From the IMG/VR virus record IMGVR_UViG_3300012964_000001, positions 1 through 64,000 of that record: a stretch of DNA of 64,000 bases; one strand, 5' to 3'. Within the stretch, counting starts at the first letter, position 1. Each line of letters begins with the position of its first letter. The translations under genes were made by a program, and so were the position numbers. Source of the stretch: a virus. Of this stretch, positions 9,397 to 19,448 are shown piece after piece. Below the pieces are notes generated by a model. That model ran no database searches. It saw nothing but the letters and a program-made list of their open reading frames with translations, and was not told where the DNA came from.

Positions 9397-9586
9397 GAGG
9401 ACCTCCAGCGAGCTTCGGCGAGCGCGCAGCGGTGGGGTCTCGGAAGCCTCCAGGATGTGTATGCCGATGAATCGAAGAGCCGGCGGAGCTTGGCCAGAGC
9501 TTTGCTTCTTGACAGAGGGTACGAATCCATGCAGGCTATCTCCTGCTGGTTGCACCTCTGTGTGACTGTGGTTTGGTGGTGAAGGC

Positions 9587-9618
9587 AGGCCCCCCGTCGC
9601 GAAAGTGGCGGGGGGCCT
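9587..9618 (-). terminator. 10-bp GC stem-loop 6 nt downstream of the glycosyltransferase stop
   Basis: AGGCCCCCCG 9587-9596 / CGGGGGGCCT 9609-9618 with a 12-nt loop. The T-rich tract is on the + side only. Confidence 0.4.
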
Positions 9619-9623
9619 GGGTT

Positions 9624-10430
9624 TTATTGGGTTCCGGTCCACGGAGCCGCCGGGAGCTCCCAGGGAGGCCATGGGAGCCTCGGATACCTCGGCATTCTAA
9701 TCATGCGCTCGGTCTCGAATGCCTCCTTGGACAAGCGTTCTCCTCCCGCATTCGGGATGCTGCGGGGATTACTGCCATTATAGGTAACCAGGACCTCCGG
9801 GATGAACCGATGGCGCTCTCCAGCCATCTCGAGCATCGGCCACATGGTGGCCCGATCCGTGACCTCGGTCATCCAGGAGCCGTCGGGCTGCTTGAGGTCA
9901 CGCTCCCGAATCGCTAGGAACAGGCCAGCCCGAAAGGTCTTCAAGTGGCTGGCTAACCATGGGGCTTTCCGATACGACCCATCAGCAACCACATCGGGCG
10001 CGTAAGGCGCGCATCCACGACGCTCCGGGTCATGCGGCCAGCATTCGAAGCTGCCGAAGGTGAGCCAAACGTCCCCCGAGTCGTATACGCTCCGGACAAT
10101 CTCGATGGCATCCGGTCGTGCGAGCCAATCATCCCCATCGAGCCAACACACAACCGTCTCCGGAGGAAGGCTTTCCATGACCCGGTAAACGCTCTCTAGT
10201 TGGCTTCCGTACCCATGGCGCAGCACTGTCAAAACGCTCCGGTGAAGCTGGCGCTTTAGGGCCTGTTCCGCCACGAATAGGGTAGGGGCGTCATCTGCCA
10301 TGAAAACGTGTGGAACCTGCAGCGTCTGGCCCATCACCGACTCGACGCAGCGCGCGGCGTACTGCTCGGCACGATAGGCGGTCGAGACTACGACGATCGT
10401 GGTCACGGTGACCTCTTCTGCACTCGCCAC
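9624..10430 (-). CDS. glycosyltransferase family 2-like (GT-A fold)
   Basis: N-terminal TIVVVSTAYRAEQYAARCVESV, then FMADDAP and the DxD motif LDGDDWL. Confidence 0.7.
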   Translation of the reverse strand: MASAEEVTVTTIVVVSTAYRAEQYAARCVESVMGQTLQVPHVFMADDAPTLFVAEQALKRQLHRSVLTVLRHGYGSQLESVYRVMESLPPETVVCWLDGDDWLARPDAIEIVRSVYDSGDVWLTFGSFECWPHDPERRGCAPYAPDVVADGSYRKAPWLASHLKTFRAGLFLAIRERDLKQPDGSWMTEVTDRATMWPMLEMAGERHRFIPEVLVTYNGSNPRSIPNAGGERLSKEAFETERMIRMPRYPRLPWPPWELPAAPWTGTQ

Positions 10431-10843
10431 CGGATCTGGGTGCCATTCACCTGCATTACCTGCTCACATTCAGAGGGCAGGCACCCTGTTTCGGCGACGA
10501 AGGCCTCCAAAATCTGCTCACGCTGCTGCATCAGCTTCCCGCTCATCTCGACGACGGCGACACGCAGCGCGTTTTCGAATACGGCGTCGCGCCGTTTCTC
10601 GTCTTCCGGGTTGTATGGCGTTATCCCAAAGACCTCCGCCACATGTTCCCAACGCTCAGGTTCGGCAAAGACAATGATTTTGCCGACCACATTACCAGGT
10701 GGCCATCGGCAATCGTCGCCGATCCCTGCGTCCGCTACCAAGAATTCTATGGCACCTGTGGACGTTCCGTGCGGTCTGTGTTCCCGGTACGAGATGTTTC
10801 GGTGCCGCTTGTCCAGTTCGTAGACGAATGATTCTTGGTTCAT
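10403..10843 (-). CDS. hypothetical protein (146 aa)
   Basis: ATGA overlap with the upstream gene at 10840-10843. Confidence 0.55.
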   Translation of the reverse strand: MNQESFVYELDKRHRNISYREHRPHGTSTGAIEFLVADAGIGDDCRWPPGNVVGKIIVFAEPERWEHVAEVFGITPYNPEDEKRRDAVFENALRVAVVEMSGKLMQQREQILEAFVAETGCLPSECEQVMQVNGTQIRWRVQKRSP

Positions 10844-12720
10844 AGCGTCACCATCCGATTGGGAGCCTCTGGCCAGAGCCTCAAGAGCTCTGCTTTGGCG
10901 TCTTCTGGGAACTTATGCCACACATTCCCGATCAGGCAGGTGGGGTGATCCCATCCTTCCCCGATCGTGAGCCCAGTCGCCTTCTCGAACGTCTCGTACA
11001 CTGTACCTAGCTTCAGCATGGCGTGTAAGAACTCGAACCATGCTTGCCATTCATAACAATCGTCCTGCACCGGAAGTACATCGTCCTTCGGGTATTTGAT
11101 GGTCCAGGCCTCATGGGCGACCATTAGCGCGAGGCGATGCCAGCCGCGGCATCGGTAGTGCTCGGCCAAGTTTACCAACGGCTCGGCGCGCGTCGGCCGC
11201 AATTCGTAGGCCGCGAGCATGGTCGCCGGCACTTCGATGTCCCGACCGAGCTCTTCCAAGAGGCAACCCACCTGCCACATGGAGAACCAGCGCTCCTCTT
11301 CGAATCCTCCGAGCTGAATGCGTTGTTGGTAGGCGACCAACGAAGCTTCGAACCAGGTCTTCGCGTGCTGTGCGCACTTGGCCGCTTCCAAGGTATTCCC
11401 GGTTTCTAGCGCACGATCGCGCTCCTCGAGGGCCGCAAGCCCAGCGTCGCGCAGGTTTTGGGCGAAGTAGAATAGAGCCCTCGTGTTACCAGGATTCTTT
11501 GCGAGGTCAGTCTGAAGCGCATCTGCCCCCCTGATGTACTTCTCCCAGGGTCTAGTCTGCTCCGCGGTGCGCGCACCGTCTGGGTAGGCCCGAACCTCCC
11601 AATCCAAGTCACCGACTCCGATTTGGGTCGAGCTCATGAGTCCGGGATGGTCGGCTCCTTCCCACCACCAAACGTGCTGCATCTTCAACACGTCCGGCCG
11701 GCGCCAGGACGTCCCCGCTTTGAGCATCCGGATGCGATAGGCGTCCGCTTTGAGGAATTGCGGAAGGAAAGGGGCCCTTTCCACAAGAGCGTCATCCGCA
11801 TCCAGGATGAACCCGAAATCAGAGCTCGAGTTCATCTGCGCGTTCCAGAACATTTCCGTTCGGTTCTTCCCCCAATTATCGAACCACTCACTCTGGATGA
11901 CCTTCCCCGGAATCTGGTTGCGCTTCCCCCATGCTTCGATCACCGCCTGAGTCCCATCCGTTGACCCCGTGTCCGTGATGACGAAATCCTCGATGTACGG
12001 CTTTGCAGAGGCGAGTGCGCCCTCGATGACCCGAGCTTCGTTCTTGACCATCATGACCAGGCAGAGCGTCGTGCGCCCCTCGTCTTGTCGCTGCGGCCGT
12101 CCGGCGATCATCCAATCTGGTCCAAGCTCCTCGGGATCGACGTCGTTGATCTCCATTCCCTTCACGTATAGGGCCCCGCGCTTCATCGTGTGGTCGGCCT
12201 GCGGAACATCGTAGACAGAGATGCAACGGAAGCCGAATGAGGCGAGATAGTCGGCATTGTAGAAGCGCACGTGCCGCTCGAACTCGTTACCGTTGATGGA
12301 TCCTTGCTCCCCAGGGTCCAGCGGGGTCGAGATGATTCCCCGGTTGATCTGACTGAGCACCGCTGCCGCCTTGGACGGTACTAGATGCTCTAGGACTTCA
12401 ATCAGTGCAACGACGCTTTTCTCGTCCAACCATAACTCCGTGATATCCTTGACCAGCGCCTGGTCGTACTCCGAGTGCCACGGCTGACCCATGTAGGGTT
12501 CGTGAACCTCGTAGCCGATGATGCGGCCCCGGTAACCCAACTTCCTCAGGCATCGACCCAGGAAGCCGCAGCCCATTCCGAGGTCGACGATTTCCGGAGC
12601 GTCCACCTTCGCTAAAATGGCCGCGACCACCGGAACGATCGGCGTCCACGAGCGACCCTTCATGCCGGAAAAGTCCTCGACTTCCTGCCGCAGGACTCGC
12701 TTGTCGTAAAGAGGGGGCAT
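10840..12720 (-). CDS. tri-domain protein: class I SAM methyltransferase + GT2 glycosyltransferase + TPR-like C-terminus
   Basis: VDLGMGCGFLG and EVLEHL indicate the MTase. VMMVKNE...FVITDTGSTDGT and ILDADDAL indicate GT2. The C-terminal half is a helical repeat. Confidence 0.75.
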   Translation of the reverse strand: MPPLYDKRVLRQEVEDFSGMKGRSWTPIVPVVAAILAKVDAPEIVDLGMGCGFLGRCLRKLGYRGRIIGYEVHEPYMGQPWHSEYDQALVKDITELWLDEKSVVALIEVLEHLVPSKAAAVLSQINRGIISTPLDPGEQGSINGNEFERHVRFYNADYLASFGFRCISVYDVPQADHTMKRGALYVKGMEINDVDPEELGPDWMIAGRPQRQDEGRTTLCLVMMVKNEARVIEGALASAKPYIEDFVITDTGSTDGTQAVIEAWGKRNQIPGKVIQSEWFDNWGKNRTEMFWNAQMNSSSDFGFILDADDALVERAPFLPQFLKADAYRIRMLKAGTSWRRPDVLKMQHVWWWEGADHPGLMSSTQIGVGDLDWEVRAYPDGARTAEQTRPWEKYIRGADALQTDLAKNPGNTRALFYFAQNLRDAGLAALEERDRALETGNTLEAAKCAQHAKTWFEASLVAYQQRIQLGGFEEERWFSMWQVGCLLEELGRDIEVPATMLAAYELRPTRAEPLVNLAEHYRCRGWHRLALMVAHEAWTIKYPKDDVLPVQDDCYEWQAWFEFLHAMLKLGTVYETFEKATGLTIGEGWDHPTCLIGNVWHKFPEDAKAELLRLWPEAPNRMVTL

Positions 12721-12736
12721 GTTTTGGTTTTTCTCC

Positions 12737-12985
12737 TTAGTGACTTTTCTGCCTTGGCATCAACGGACTACGTACCCATAGACCGTCACCCGACTTCTTG
12801 AGCTCTGACCGAAGCCGAACGACCTCCGCCTCCGCCTTCTCCGCCCGGTCAGTGAGCTCTTCCAGCTTAAACTTGTAGGCGAGCGCAATCTGCTCGGCCA
12901 CTTCGGCCATCTTGATGGCGCGCCGCTGTTTGAACTCGTCCGCGATGCGCCCGATCTGCTGCACGACTTTTGCGAGGATACTCAT
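12737..12985 (-). CDS. hypothetical coiled-coil protein (82 aa)
   Basis: ATGA coupling at 12982-12985. The sequence is heptad-like and charged. Confidence 0.5.
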   Translation of the reverse strand: MSILAKVVQQIGRIADEFKQRRAIKMAEVAEQIALAYKFKLEELTDRAEKAEAEVVRLRSELKKSGDGLWVRSPLMPRQKSH

Positions 12986-13539
12986 GAATGGATACTGACC
13001 AGTTCGCGGAGTCTGTTTTTGAGAGCTACGTGTTCCCCATCTAACCGTTCCAATTCACTGCATGCTCTTTGCAGTTGCCCTTTGGTATCCAAAAGGTCGC
13101 GTTCGAGTTTTTGGTAGAGGGTACTCTCTCGGACCATCTGTTCACGGATAGTGTGTCCCATATCTTTCGCTACATCGACCGCTGGCATCGGATAGTCTGC
13201 AGTTCCCCGATTCTGTAACTCCTCGAGTTTCGCTCGCATTGACCGGATATTCGCCTCCGCCTTCTCGGCGCGCATCATGGCGTCCCCGCGATCCCGCTGC
13301 GCTCTCTGGTAGAGCTCGCTTGCTCGCACTCGGTCTTCAAAGGCTATCTCCTGCGTAGAGCAAGACTGAATCAGTGCGCTTCTGATTGATAGCTGGTCTT
13401 CCTCCGTCTGCGCGTTGTACCAGCACGCGACGTCTTCGACGGTAATCAGGCGCTCAATGCCGGATCCATCCGGTCGATGAGCGTGCACCATAAGTCGGTG
13501 CACTTCGTTTACTGTCTTCTGTGTGGTCCATGTGTTCAT
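12982..13539 (-). CDS. hypothetical coiled-coil protein (185 aa)
   Basis: Long co-oriented ORF. Confidence 0.6.
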   Translation of the reverse strand: MNTWTTQKTVNEVHRLMVHAHRPDGSGIERLITVEDVACWYNAQTEEDQLSIRSALIQSCSTQEIAFEDRVRASELYQRAQRDRGDAMMRAEKAEANIRSMRAKLEELQNRGTADYPMPAVDVAKDMGHTIREQMVRESTLYQKLERDLLDTKGQLQRACSELERLDGEHVALKNRLRELVSIHS

Positions 13540-13558
13540 TTGGTATCCTGTTTCACTC

Positions 13559-13801
13559 TCACGCTTTCGGCCTCGTACTTTCGAGGTCTCGCAACTCCTG
13601 CTCCAGGAGTCTCAGAGTCTCTTCGTATCGGTGCGCGCTTTTCCTGTGTGAGTCGACCATCGAGCGCAGGTAGGTCTGAGCATCAGCGGGGCAGACCGCG
13701 ATCTGCTCGATGTGCTGTGCGCAGTTCTCGAGATCCACGACTGCGCTCTTGGTCTCTTCGATGCGGCGCCGGAGCTGGTAGAGCTCGTATTCAGTCGCCA
13801 C
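13559..13801 (-). CDS. hypothetical protein (80 aa)
   Basis: Co-oriented ORF overlapping the upstream gene end by 11 nt. Confidence 0.5.
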   Translation of the reverse strand: MATEYELYQLRRRIEETKSAVVDLENCAQHIEQIAVCPADAQTYLRSMVDSHRKSAHRYEETLRLLEQELRDLESTRPKA

Positions 13802-14312
13802 GCGCTATCTCCTTCCGGATCTTCCCCAAGATCTCCCCCATCGTGTTCTTGCGCTTCTCCGCCCACGGGGAGTCGCAGCGAAGTCCCGCGTACCCCGAGA
13901 ACGCCCCCCACCAACCCAGATGGCACCGCCAGTACGCGGCCCTAAACTGCCGGTCTGCGCACTTCGCTCCGGCCTCGAGCCATTCATAGGACCCGGGATG
14001 CATGTCGCGAAGCGATGGGCACACCGGGTGGTGAAGCTGCCACGGCGTGGCGGCGAGCCCCCCATCGCAATCTGGGGCCCCCTTGGGGATGTCTTCCTTG
14101 AGGCAGCCATCCTGCACGTAGGCGGCGCCCGACGACTCCTTCCACCAAAGAGTGACCAGGGCCGCCGCACGCGTCGGACTCCCATTGGTTGCCGAGCAGA
14201 TCGCCTGTGCAACGTCCGTCAGCCGAGCGCGCCTAGACTCCGGATCTTCGGTTTCCTTCGAATACGCCGGGAAGGCGAGCATGACGGCGAGGGTTGCGCT
14301 GAGGAGGTCCAT
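13791..14312 (-). CDS. secreted protein, possibly lysozyme/transglycosylase-like
   Basis: N-terminal hydrophobic leader MDLLSATLAVMLAFPAYS. The WWKESSG motif is only weakly SLT-like. Confidence 0.45.
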   Translation of the reverse strand: MDLLSATLAVMLAFPAYSKETEDPESRRARLTDVAQAICSATNGSPTRAAALVTLWWKESSGAAYVQDGCLKEDIPKGAPDCDGGLAATPWQLHHPVCPSLRDMHPGSYEWLEAGAKCADRQFRAAYWRCHLGWWGAFSGYAGLRCDSPWAEKRKNTMGEILGKIRKEIARGD

Positions 14313-14337
14313 ATTTATCGTTCCTTTTTGAGATTAC

Positions 14338-14523
14338 TCACCGAGTATTTCTCGGTGGTCTTGGCGCCCACGAGACGCCTGGTTTGGGCACCAGCACCCA
14401 AGCCAATCCGTTACGTTGCATGTGTTCGCGTTCTTTTTTTTCGCTCTCGGTCTCTTCTCTCCATTCGATCTGGCAAAGCTTATCTGGGCAGTTTGTGCAG
14501 GGGGAGCACTTTGGGAGCTTCAA
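14338..14523 (-). CDS. hypothetical Cys-rich small protein
   Basis: 61-aa ORF with 4-nt overlap coupling to the upstream gene. Confidence 0.35.
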   Translation of the reverse strand: MKLPKCSPCTNCPDKLCQIEWREETESEKKEREHMQRNGLAWVLVPKPGVSWAPRPPRNTR

Positions 14524-14783
14524 GTATCTTCCTCTCGGTCTTGGACGCCGGTGCTCTTCCTAAGCCCCGTCCACTCACGCAGCATTCGTCGAAGTACCCA
14601 CAACGGCAAACGCCTGCTCGGGTGCTCTTGACCGTCGTATCCGTTGAGTCCATATTGGGTGATCTCGTATTCGTCGCGGTCTCTCGTGGCCATAACCGCA
14701 GGGCCGCATTTGTCCCCATGCCATCCTATCTTTTCTGACTCGACGGTGATGTGCCAGCCCTTGAAGTCGTACTCACTCTTCAT
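14520..14783 (-). CDS. hypothetical protein (87 aa)
   Basis: 4-nt overlaps at both ends. Confidence 0.5.
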   Translation of the reverse strand: MKSEYDFKGWHITVESEKIGWHGDKCGPAVMATRDRDEYEITQYGLNGYDGQEHPSRRLPLWVLRRMLREWTGLRKSTGVQDREEDT

Positions 14784-15391
14784 CGACCGAGCTCCTTCAT
14801 CATCTCGTCCGCCAGTTCTTCGAGCTCCGGTACACCCTTCTCGGGGCCGTGAATCACGTAGTCGAAGTCTGAGTCCGGAATCTCGTTTAGCTCGACCTCG
14901 CTCGGGTGCGTGGTCTTGACGAAGAGCTCAGCTACGGGCCGCCGTACCCGCACGATGCGTGCCCCAGCTTCCCGAAGTATCTCGATCTCGTTCCGGAACC
15001 GTACATCGGATATGACGACACGAGTTCGGGACCTGCGCGCCACTCGCACCGCGTACTCGATCCAAACAGTAGGATAGCACTTGCGGCCCCACCCGGTAGC
15101 GAGCTCGATCATCGCCTCACGGGGCGAAAGCAGAGTCCCGTCGGGCCGCGGGTAGCGCGGATCTCCGACGTTCTTTCCGGATGTCTCCCCATTGAGCATC
15201 GACAGCGGCCAGTCGAACAGGTCAGCTAGAAAGCGTTTCATGGGGGAGGCTAGCGCCACATCGGAGAACCCATGCTCCGCCACCAAGCGGTTGGCTACAG
15301 TGGATTTGCCGGCGCCGGCCGAGCCCATCCTAGGTCGCAGCTGCCACCACTTGCGTTTCGCAACACAGAGTCCCGTAAGAGCGATGATCAT
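14780..15391 (-). CDS. deoxynucleoside monophosphate kinase-like P-loop protein (longer start 15499 possible)
   Basis: MIIALTG...GSAGAGKSTVA is a Walker A motif interrupted by a ~15-aa insertion. VVISDVRFRNEIE is typical of phage dNMP kinases. Confidence 0.6.
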   Translation of the reverse strand: MIIALTGLCVAKRKWWQLRPRMGSAGAGKSTVANRLVAEHGFSDVALASPMKRFLADLFDWPLSMLNGETSGKNVGDPRYPRPDGTLLSPREAMIELATGWGRKCYPTVWIEYAVRVARRSRTRVVISDVRFRNEIEILREAGARIVRVRRPVAELFVKTTHPSEVELNEIPDSDFDYVIHGPEKGVPELEELADEMMKELGR

Positions 15392-15506
15392 AACTTCACC
15401 TGCCTGTAAGTACAGCCGGCCTCCGCTCCTACCTTCGTGCTGCGGTCCTTCGACCATTGAGCAACCAAGGCCGCTAGTTCCAAAAAACGTTGGTCCCATT
15501 TATCGG

Positions 15507-16565
15507 TCATTCAAAAAGGCTCCTTTGCTTATCCAACGGAAGACAGTGCGGACTGAACCAAATGGTCTCTTGTTCGCGGTTGTCATTATCAACCGCTGCA
15601 TACCCGCGTGCACCCTTCCAGCGGTACACAGTCCAAGTCGTCGGCATTCGAGCGGCGTGCTCGTCGAAGTATCCGCAGAGCGCAATCCGTAACTCTGGAT
15701 CATCACCATGCTCAATCGCCCATTCTCTGACTTGCTCAGAGAGTCCGACTTCGTCGTGGTTGTAGATGTGATCCTTTCTGAGTTCTGTCAGATAGGGCGC
15801 ATCAAGAAATACCGCTACTGGGCTTCGTCCCCCAACGTTCCTGCCTTTTCCGAGCACAGCTGGCGTAACGATGCGCTTCCAGTCTCCACAGACCATCCGG
15901 ACTCGGCGCAGTCGAGAAGATAATGCCCGAAACCACTCCATCGCCGGCGGAGCCGCTACCCCGTTTATTCCACGGTCATTGCCTAGCGCTGGCAGATGGA
16001 TTCCTAGTCCGTCGGTACGGAGATACGGGATCTGTTTCCACCCTTCGGTAGTTAGGTTCGCGTGAACCCCCTGTCCGGAATTCAGGTTAGGTCTCGGTCT
16101 TCCGCGCTTAATCCCGCCGCACCACCCGGTGCCGATCCACTGGCAGATGCCCCAAACCCACCATCCTGCAACCTGAACATCGTAAGCATTTGGATCCGCT
16201 CGGAGTTCCTCGGTCAGGATCTCGAGCCGTTGGATGAGCCAAGTGTGCCGGGCGTGAAGATCGAGCTCCGAGATTGGCCAGTCGCACCAACGTGCCACCT
16301 CGTCAGGGGCCGCTTGGATGGCGCGCCAGAAATTCACGACGCCACCATCGATGTCGTTGATGGTCTCGATCTTGCCAGCGCCTCCAGGCCTTCCCAGGAG
16401 CACAGCGCCACTTCCCCAGAATGGTTCAATGTAGCCGGGCACGTCCGGCCCGAACGCTCTCCACACAATGCCGGAGACCCTGCGTTTGCCTCCGTGCCAC
16501 GGGTAGGGAGCACGTAAGTCGCTGCACTCATTCATGCACGCTATGGATTGTTCAGTATCCTGCAC
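15507..16565 (-). CDS. dam: DNA N6-adenine methyltransferase, Dam/D12 class
   Basis: YPWHGGKRR, EPFWGSGAV (FxGxG) and FLDAPY (DPPY-type motif IV). Confidence 0.8.
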   Translation of the reverse strand: MQDTEQSIACMNECSDLRAPYPWHGGKRRVSGIVWRAFGPDVPGYIEPFWGSGAVLLGRPGGAGKIETINDIDGGVVNFWRAIQAAPDEVARWCDWPISELDLHARHTWLIQRLEILTEELRADPNAYDVQVAGWWVWGICQWIGTGWCGGIKRGRPRPNLNSGQGVHANLTTEGWKQIPYLRTDGLGIHLPALGNDRGINGVAAPPAMEWFRALSSRLRRVRMVCGDWKRIVTPAVLGKGRNVGGRSPVAVFLDAPYLTELRKDHIYNHDEVGLSEQVREWAIEHGDDPELRIALCGYFDEHAARMPTTWTVYRWKGARGYAAVDNDNREQETIWFSPHCLPLDKQRSLFE

Positions 16566-17832
16566 GCGGCCTCTCGTTGGGCATCGGGATATCGAAGTCC
16601 CCGTCCGTCATGGCGGCCTCTTCCATGCTGGGGGAGTCAGCTGGGTCCCGGTACTGATCCAGGTAGTCGTGTGCCGAATCGTGTTCGTACTCGGGCTCGA
16701 AGTTCGCCGTAACCTGGTTCCACCTGAGTGCCACGATCCCTTTGGTTCCGACCTTTGCTTTATCGATGTTGATGCACTTGGTTCCAGCCGTGAAGTGGTG
16801 GTCTGGGTTCTTTGGGTCGGTCCAGTCGCTCTGAAGTTCGAACCCCATCAACACCGCCTCGGCTGCGTTCACGACGTCCTTGCTCTCGCGGACCCGGTAC
16901 TTACCCGGCATCTTGTTCGATTCATCGGGCGTGATTTGGGAACAGATAATGAGCGGTGTCTTGGACGACTTGCACGTGTGTGTGATCCGTTGCGCCGTTT
17001 CTCTGAACCGGACTCGCTCGTCCTGATAGTTCTTGGAAGCTGGGATTGTCTGCAGGTAGTCCACAATCACGAGCGCTACCTGGTACTCGAGCACCATGGC
17101 GGCTATATGTTCACAGAGTTCCGTTTCTGGGATGTCGCGACCATCGAGGTAGATCGGGGTCCGTTCTCCCTTTTGAACCACCGCAGAGATCTTTCGACGA
17201 TCGATGTCATCGAGCTTGTGGTCGCGAATTCTCGAAGCTTCTACGCCAGACCGGCGTGCCAATAACCGATCGCCGTAAATCGACTCATCATCCTCGGTCG
17301 CGACAATGAGTACGACCTTCCCGAGCTTCAGGTTCTCGTCGGCAATCGAAATTGCGAAGGCCGTTTTTCCCCAAGAGGTCTCGGCCGCAAGGATCCATCC
17401 ATGGCCCGGCTGAATTCCTCCGGTATGCCTGTCTATGCGCCAGTTTCCGGTGGTGATGACGCCTTGACGTTCCACCGATACCGATCTTTGACCTGATGAT
17501 CGCAGAAGATCTTCAACCGACAGAATTCTGGGGCTGGGAATTCGTCCGTGTAGATTTCGGTGACAGAAGTCGCACACAGCCACCAGTTCGTCGTCCCGTT
17601 CCGCACCTATATGTGCATAACTCAGATGATGAACCTGTGTGCATAGTTCTCGCTGACATATTTCACACTGTCCTCCGGACCGCGCCCGGATGCTGGTGCT
17701 GCGTGTTATCCACCACTCTGAAGCTAGATACTCTTGATATTGTTCTCTGTTCATCGTTTTATAAACCTCCACGAGGCCTCTCGTCATCGAGCCGCGATTA
17801 TTCTGCGTAGTCGTCCAATTCGTCGTACTCAC
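16552..17832 (-). CDS. DnaB-C/RecA-like ATPase with N-terminal HNH-like zinc module
   Basis: N-terminus CEICQRE...VHHLSY...CDFCHRNLH. C-terminus has ETSWGKTA (Walker A) and VDYLQTI, as in the DnaB C-domain. Confidence 0.7.
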   Translation of the reverse strand: MSTTNWTTTQNNRGSMTRGLVEVYKTMNREQYQEYLASEWWITRSTSIRARSGGQCEICQRELCTQVHHLSYAHIGAERDDELVAVCDFCHRNLHGRIPSPRILSVEDLLRSSGQRSVSVERQGVITTGNWRIDRHTGGIQPGHGWILAAETSWGKTAFAISIADENLKLGKVVLIVATEDDESIYGDRLLARRSGVEASRIRDHKLDDIDRRKISAVVQKGERTPIYLDGRDIPETELCEHIAAMVLEYQVALVIVDYLQTIPASKNYQDERVRFRETAQRITHTCKSSKTPLIICSQITPDESNKMPGKYRVRESKDVVNAAEAVLMGFELQSDWTDPKNPDHHFTAGTKCINIDKAKVGTKGIVALRWNQVTANFEPEYEHDSAHDYLDQYRDPADSPSMEEAAMTDGDFDIPMPNERPRAGY

Positions 17833-19270
17833 CGCTAGTTAGGTTATCGAAGCGGGTGTACTCGCTTGAAAACCTGGTCTTCACTACACCAGTCGGACCG
17901 TTGCGCTGCTTGGCGATAATGATCTCGGCGATTCCCCGATCGACGCTCTCGTCCTTGAAGTAGTACTCGTCCCGGTAGATGAACAGGATGGTGTCGGCGT
18001 CCTGTTCGATGGCTCCACTCTCACGGAGGTCGCTCAGCTGCGGACGCTTGTCCTTCGTCGTTCGCGTCTCCACCGATCGATTCAGTTGCGACAAGGCCAT
18101 CACCGGCACCCGGAGTTCCTTTGCCAATTGCTTCAGGCCACGTGACAGCTCGCTGATCTCTTGCTCCCGGCTGTGGGCGTCACGCCTTCCGTGCATCAAT
18201 TGCAGGTAGTCGACAACGACCAATCCTAGCTCATTGGGAAGCCCACAATCGTCCGTCGCCCGAGCAAGCTCAGCCTGAATCCGTCGCACCTTCGCCCGAA
18301 CCTCGAGCAGCGTGATCGCCGGAGTGTCATCGATCCAGATCGGCATACTTCCGACACGCTCCGCCGCATCGGTGAGCTTGCTCCAGTCCTCAGAACGCGG
18401 CTGACCCGAGCGTATGCGCCCGAGGTCAACGTGCCCCTCGCTGGCCATCAGCCGCATACCAAGCTGTTCTTTGGGCATTTCCAGACTGAAGAACGCAACC
18501 CCTTTGCCCGGGGTCGGCTGGATGGGATTTCCAAGCGGGTCAGTATCGAAACCTGTGTTCTTCGGACGAGCGACGTTGACGGCGATATTGATGACCAATG
18601 CACTTTTTCCCATCCCGGGCCTACCTGCGACGATGAACAGGTCCCCTTTGTGCATTCCCGTGGTCTTCCGGTCGATCTCGGTGAACCCAGTCGGTACTCC
18701 CGACACACCACGGCCATTCTGGCTCGCCGCCGAGATTATCTTAAACGATTCAACCATCACGTCTTTGACGGGAACGATTGCCGTTCTGTCGGACGTATGC
18801 GCGATTTCGAAGACCTTCTGTTCGTGCTGGTCGATGTAACGCTGAACGTCCTGGACCTTTCCGTAACCCTCTGCCGCGGTGTTCTGGCATTCTTGGATGA
18901 GCTTGCGCTGACGCCACAGCTCGACCAGTCGCTTGGCGTGCGTCTCGACATTGGCTACCGCAGGCGTCGCATCCACAACCTGAGCGAGGTAGGGGGTGCC
19001 GCCAATCTGCTCAAGCTTCCCGCGGTCCCTAAGCCATCCAGCGATAGACACTTGGTCCACTGGCCTACCGGACTCACGAAGGGACCACGCTCCCTCGAGG
19101 ATCAGCCGGTTGGCATTCGAGTAGCAGTGCTCGGGCCGGAAGAAGCTCGCGACCTCGTCTGCGAGTTCCGCGGACAGCAGGACCGCGGACAGCACCGTGG
19201 CTTCGGCATCTAGGTCCGATGGGGGAACGCGTCCGACCATAGGTCCCGGCTCTGCAGCCTGGTCAGCCAA
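17798..19270 (-). CDS. dnaB: replicative DNA helicase DnaB
   Basis: PPSDLDAEATVLSAVLL, GRPGMGKSAL, VDYLQLM and QLNRSVE. Confidence 0.9.
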   Translation of the reverse strand: MADQAAEPGPMVGRVPPSDLDAEATVLSAVLLSAELADEVASFFRPEHCYSNANRLILEGAWSLRESGRPVDQVSIAGWLRDRGKLEQIGGTPYLAQVVDATPAVANVETHAKRLVELWRQRKLIQECQNTAAEGYGKVQDVQRYIDQHEQKVFEIAHTSDRTAIVPVKDVMVESFKIISAASQNGRGVSGVPTGFTEIDRKTTGMHKGDLFIVAGRPGMGKSALVINIAVNVARPKNTGFDTDPLGNPIQPTPGKGVAFFSLEMPKEQLGMRLMASEGHVDLGRIRSGQPRSEDWSKLTDAAERVGSMPIWIDDTPAITLLEVRAKVRRIQAELARATDDCGLPNELGLVVVDYLQLMHGRRDAHSREQEISELSRGLKQLAKELRVPVMALSQLNRSVETRTTKDKRPQLSDLRESGAIEQDADTILFIYRDEYYFKDESVDRGIAEIIIAKQRNGPTGVVKTRFSSEYTRFDNLTSGEYDELDDYAE

Positions 19271-19448
19271 CTTTCACCTCGGCTGACGTTTCTCGCTTCC
19301 GGATCGCCAGCAGGAGCCGGTCTCGCTTGGGAGGACTCCATGGGTCCAAGAGCAGATGCCGCGTGCACCGCGCTTCGCCGCGAACCCGCCAGAAGATCGC
19401 TCGGTCACAGTAGGTGCAGGTGGGAGTCGGTTTGGTCGTTGGTTTCAT
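19263..19448 (-). CDS. hypothetical small protein (61 aa)
   Basis: Overlap-coupled on both sides. Confidence 0.4.
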   Translation of the reverse strand: MKPTTKPTPTCTYCDRAIFWRVRGEARCTRHLLLDPWSPPKRDRLLLAIRKRETSAEVKVG

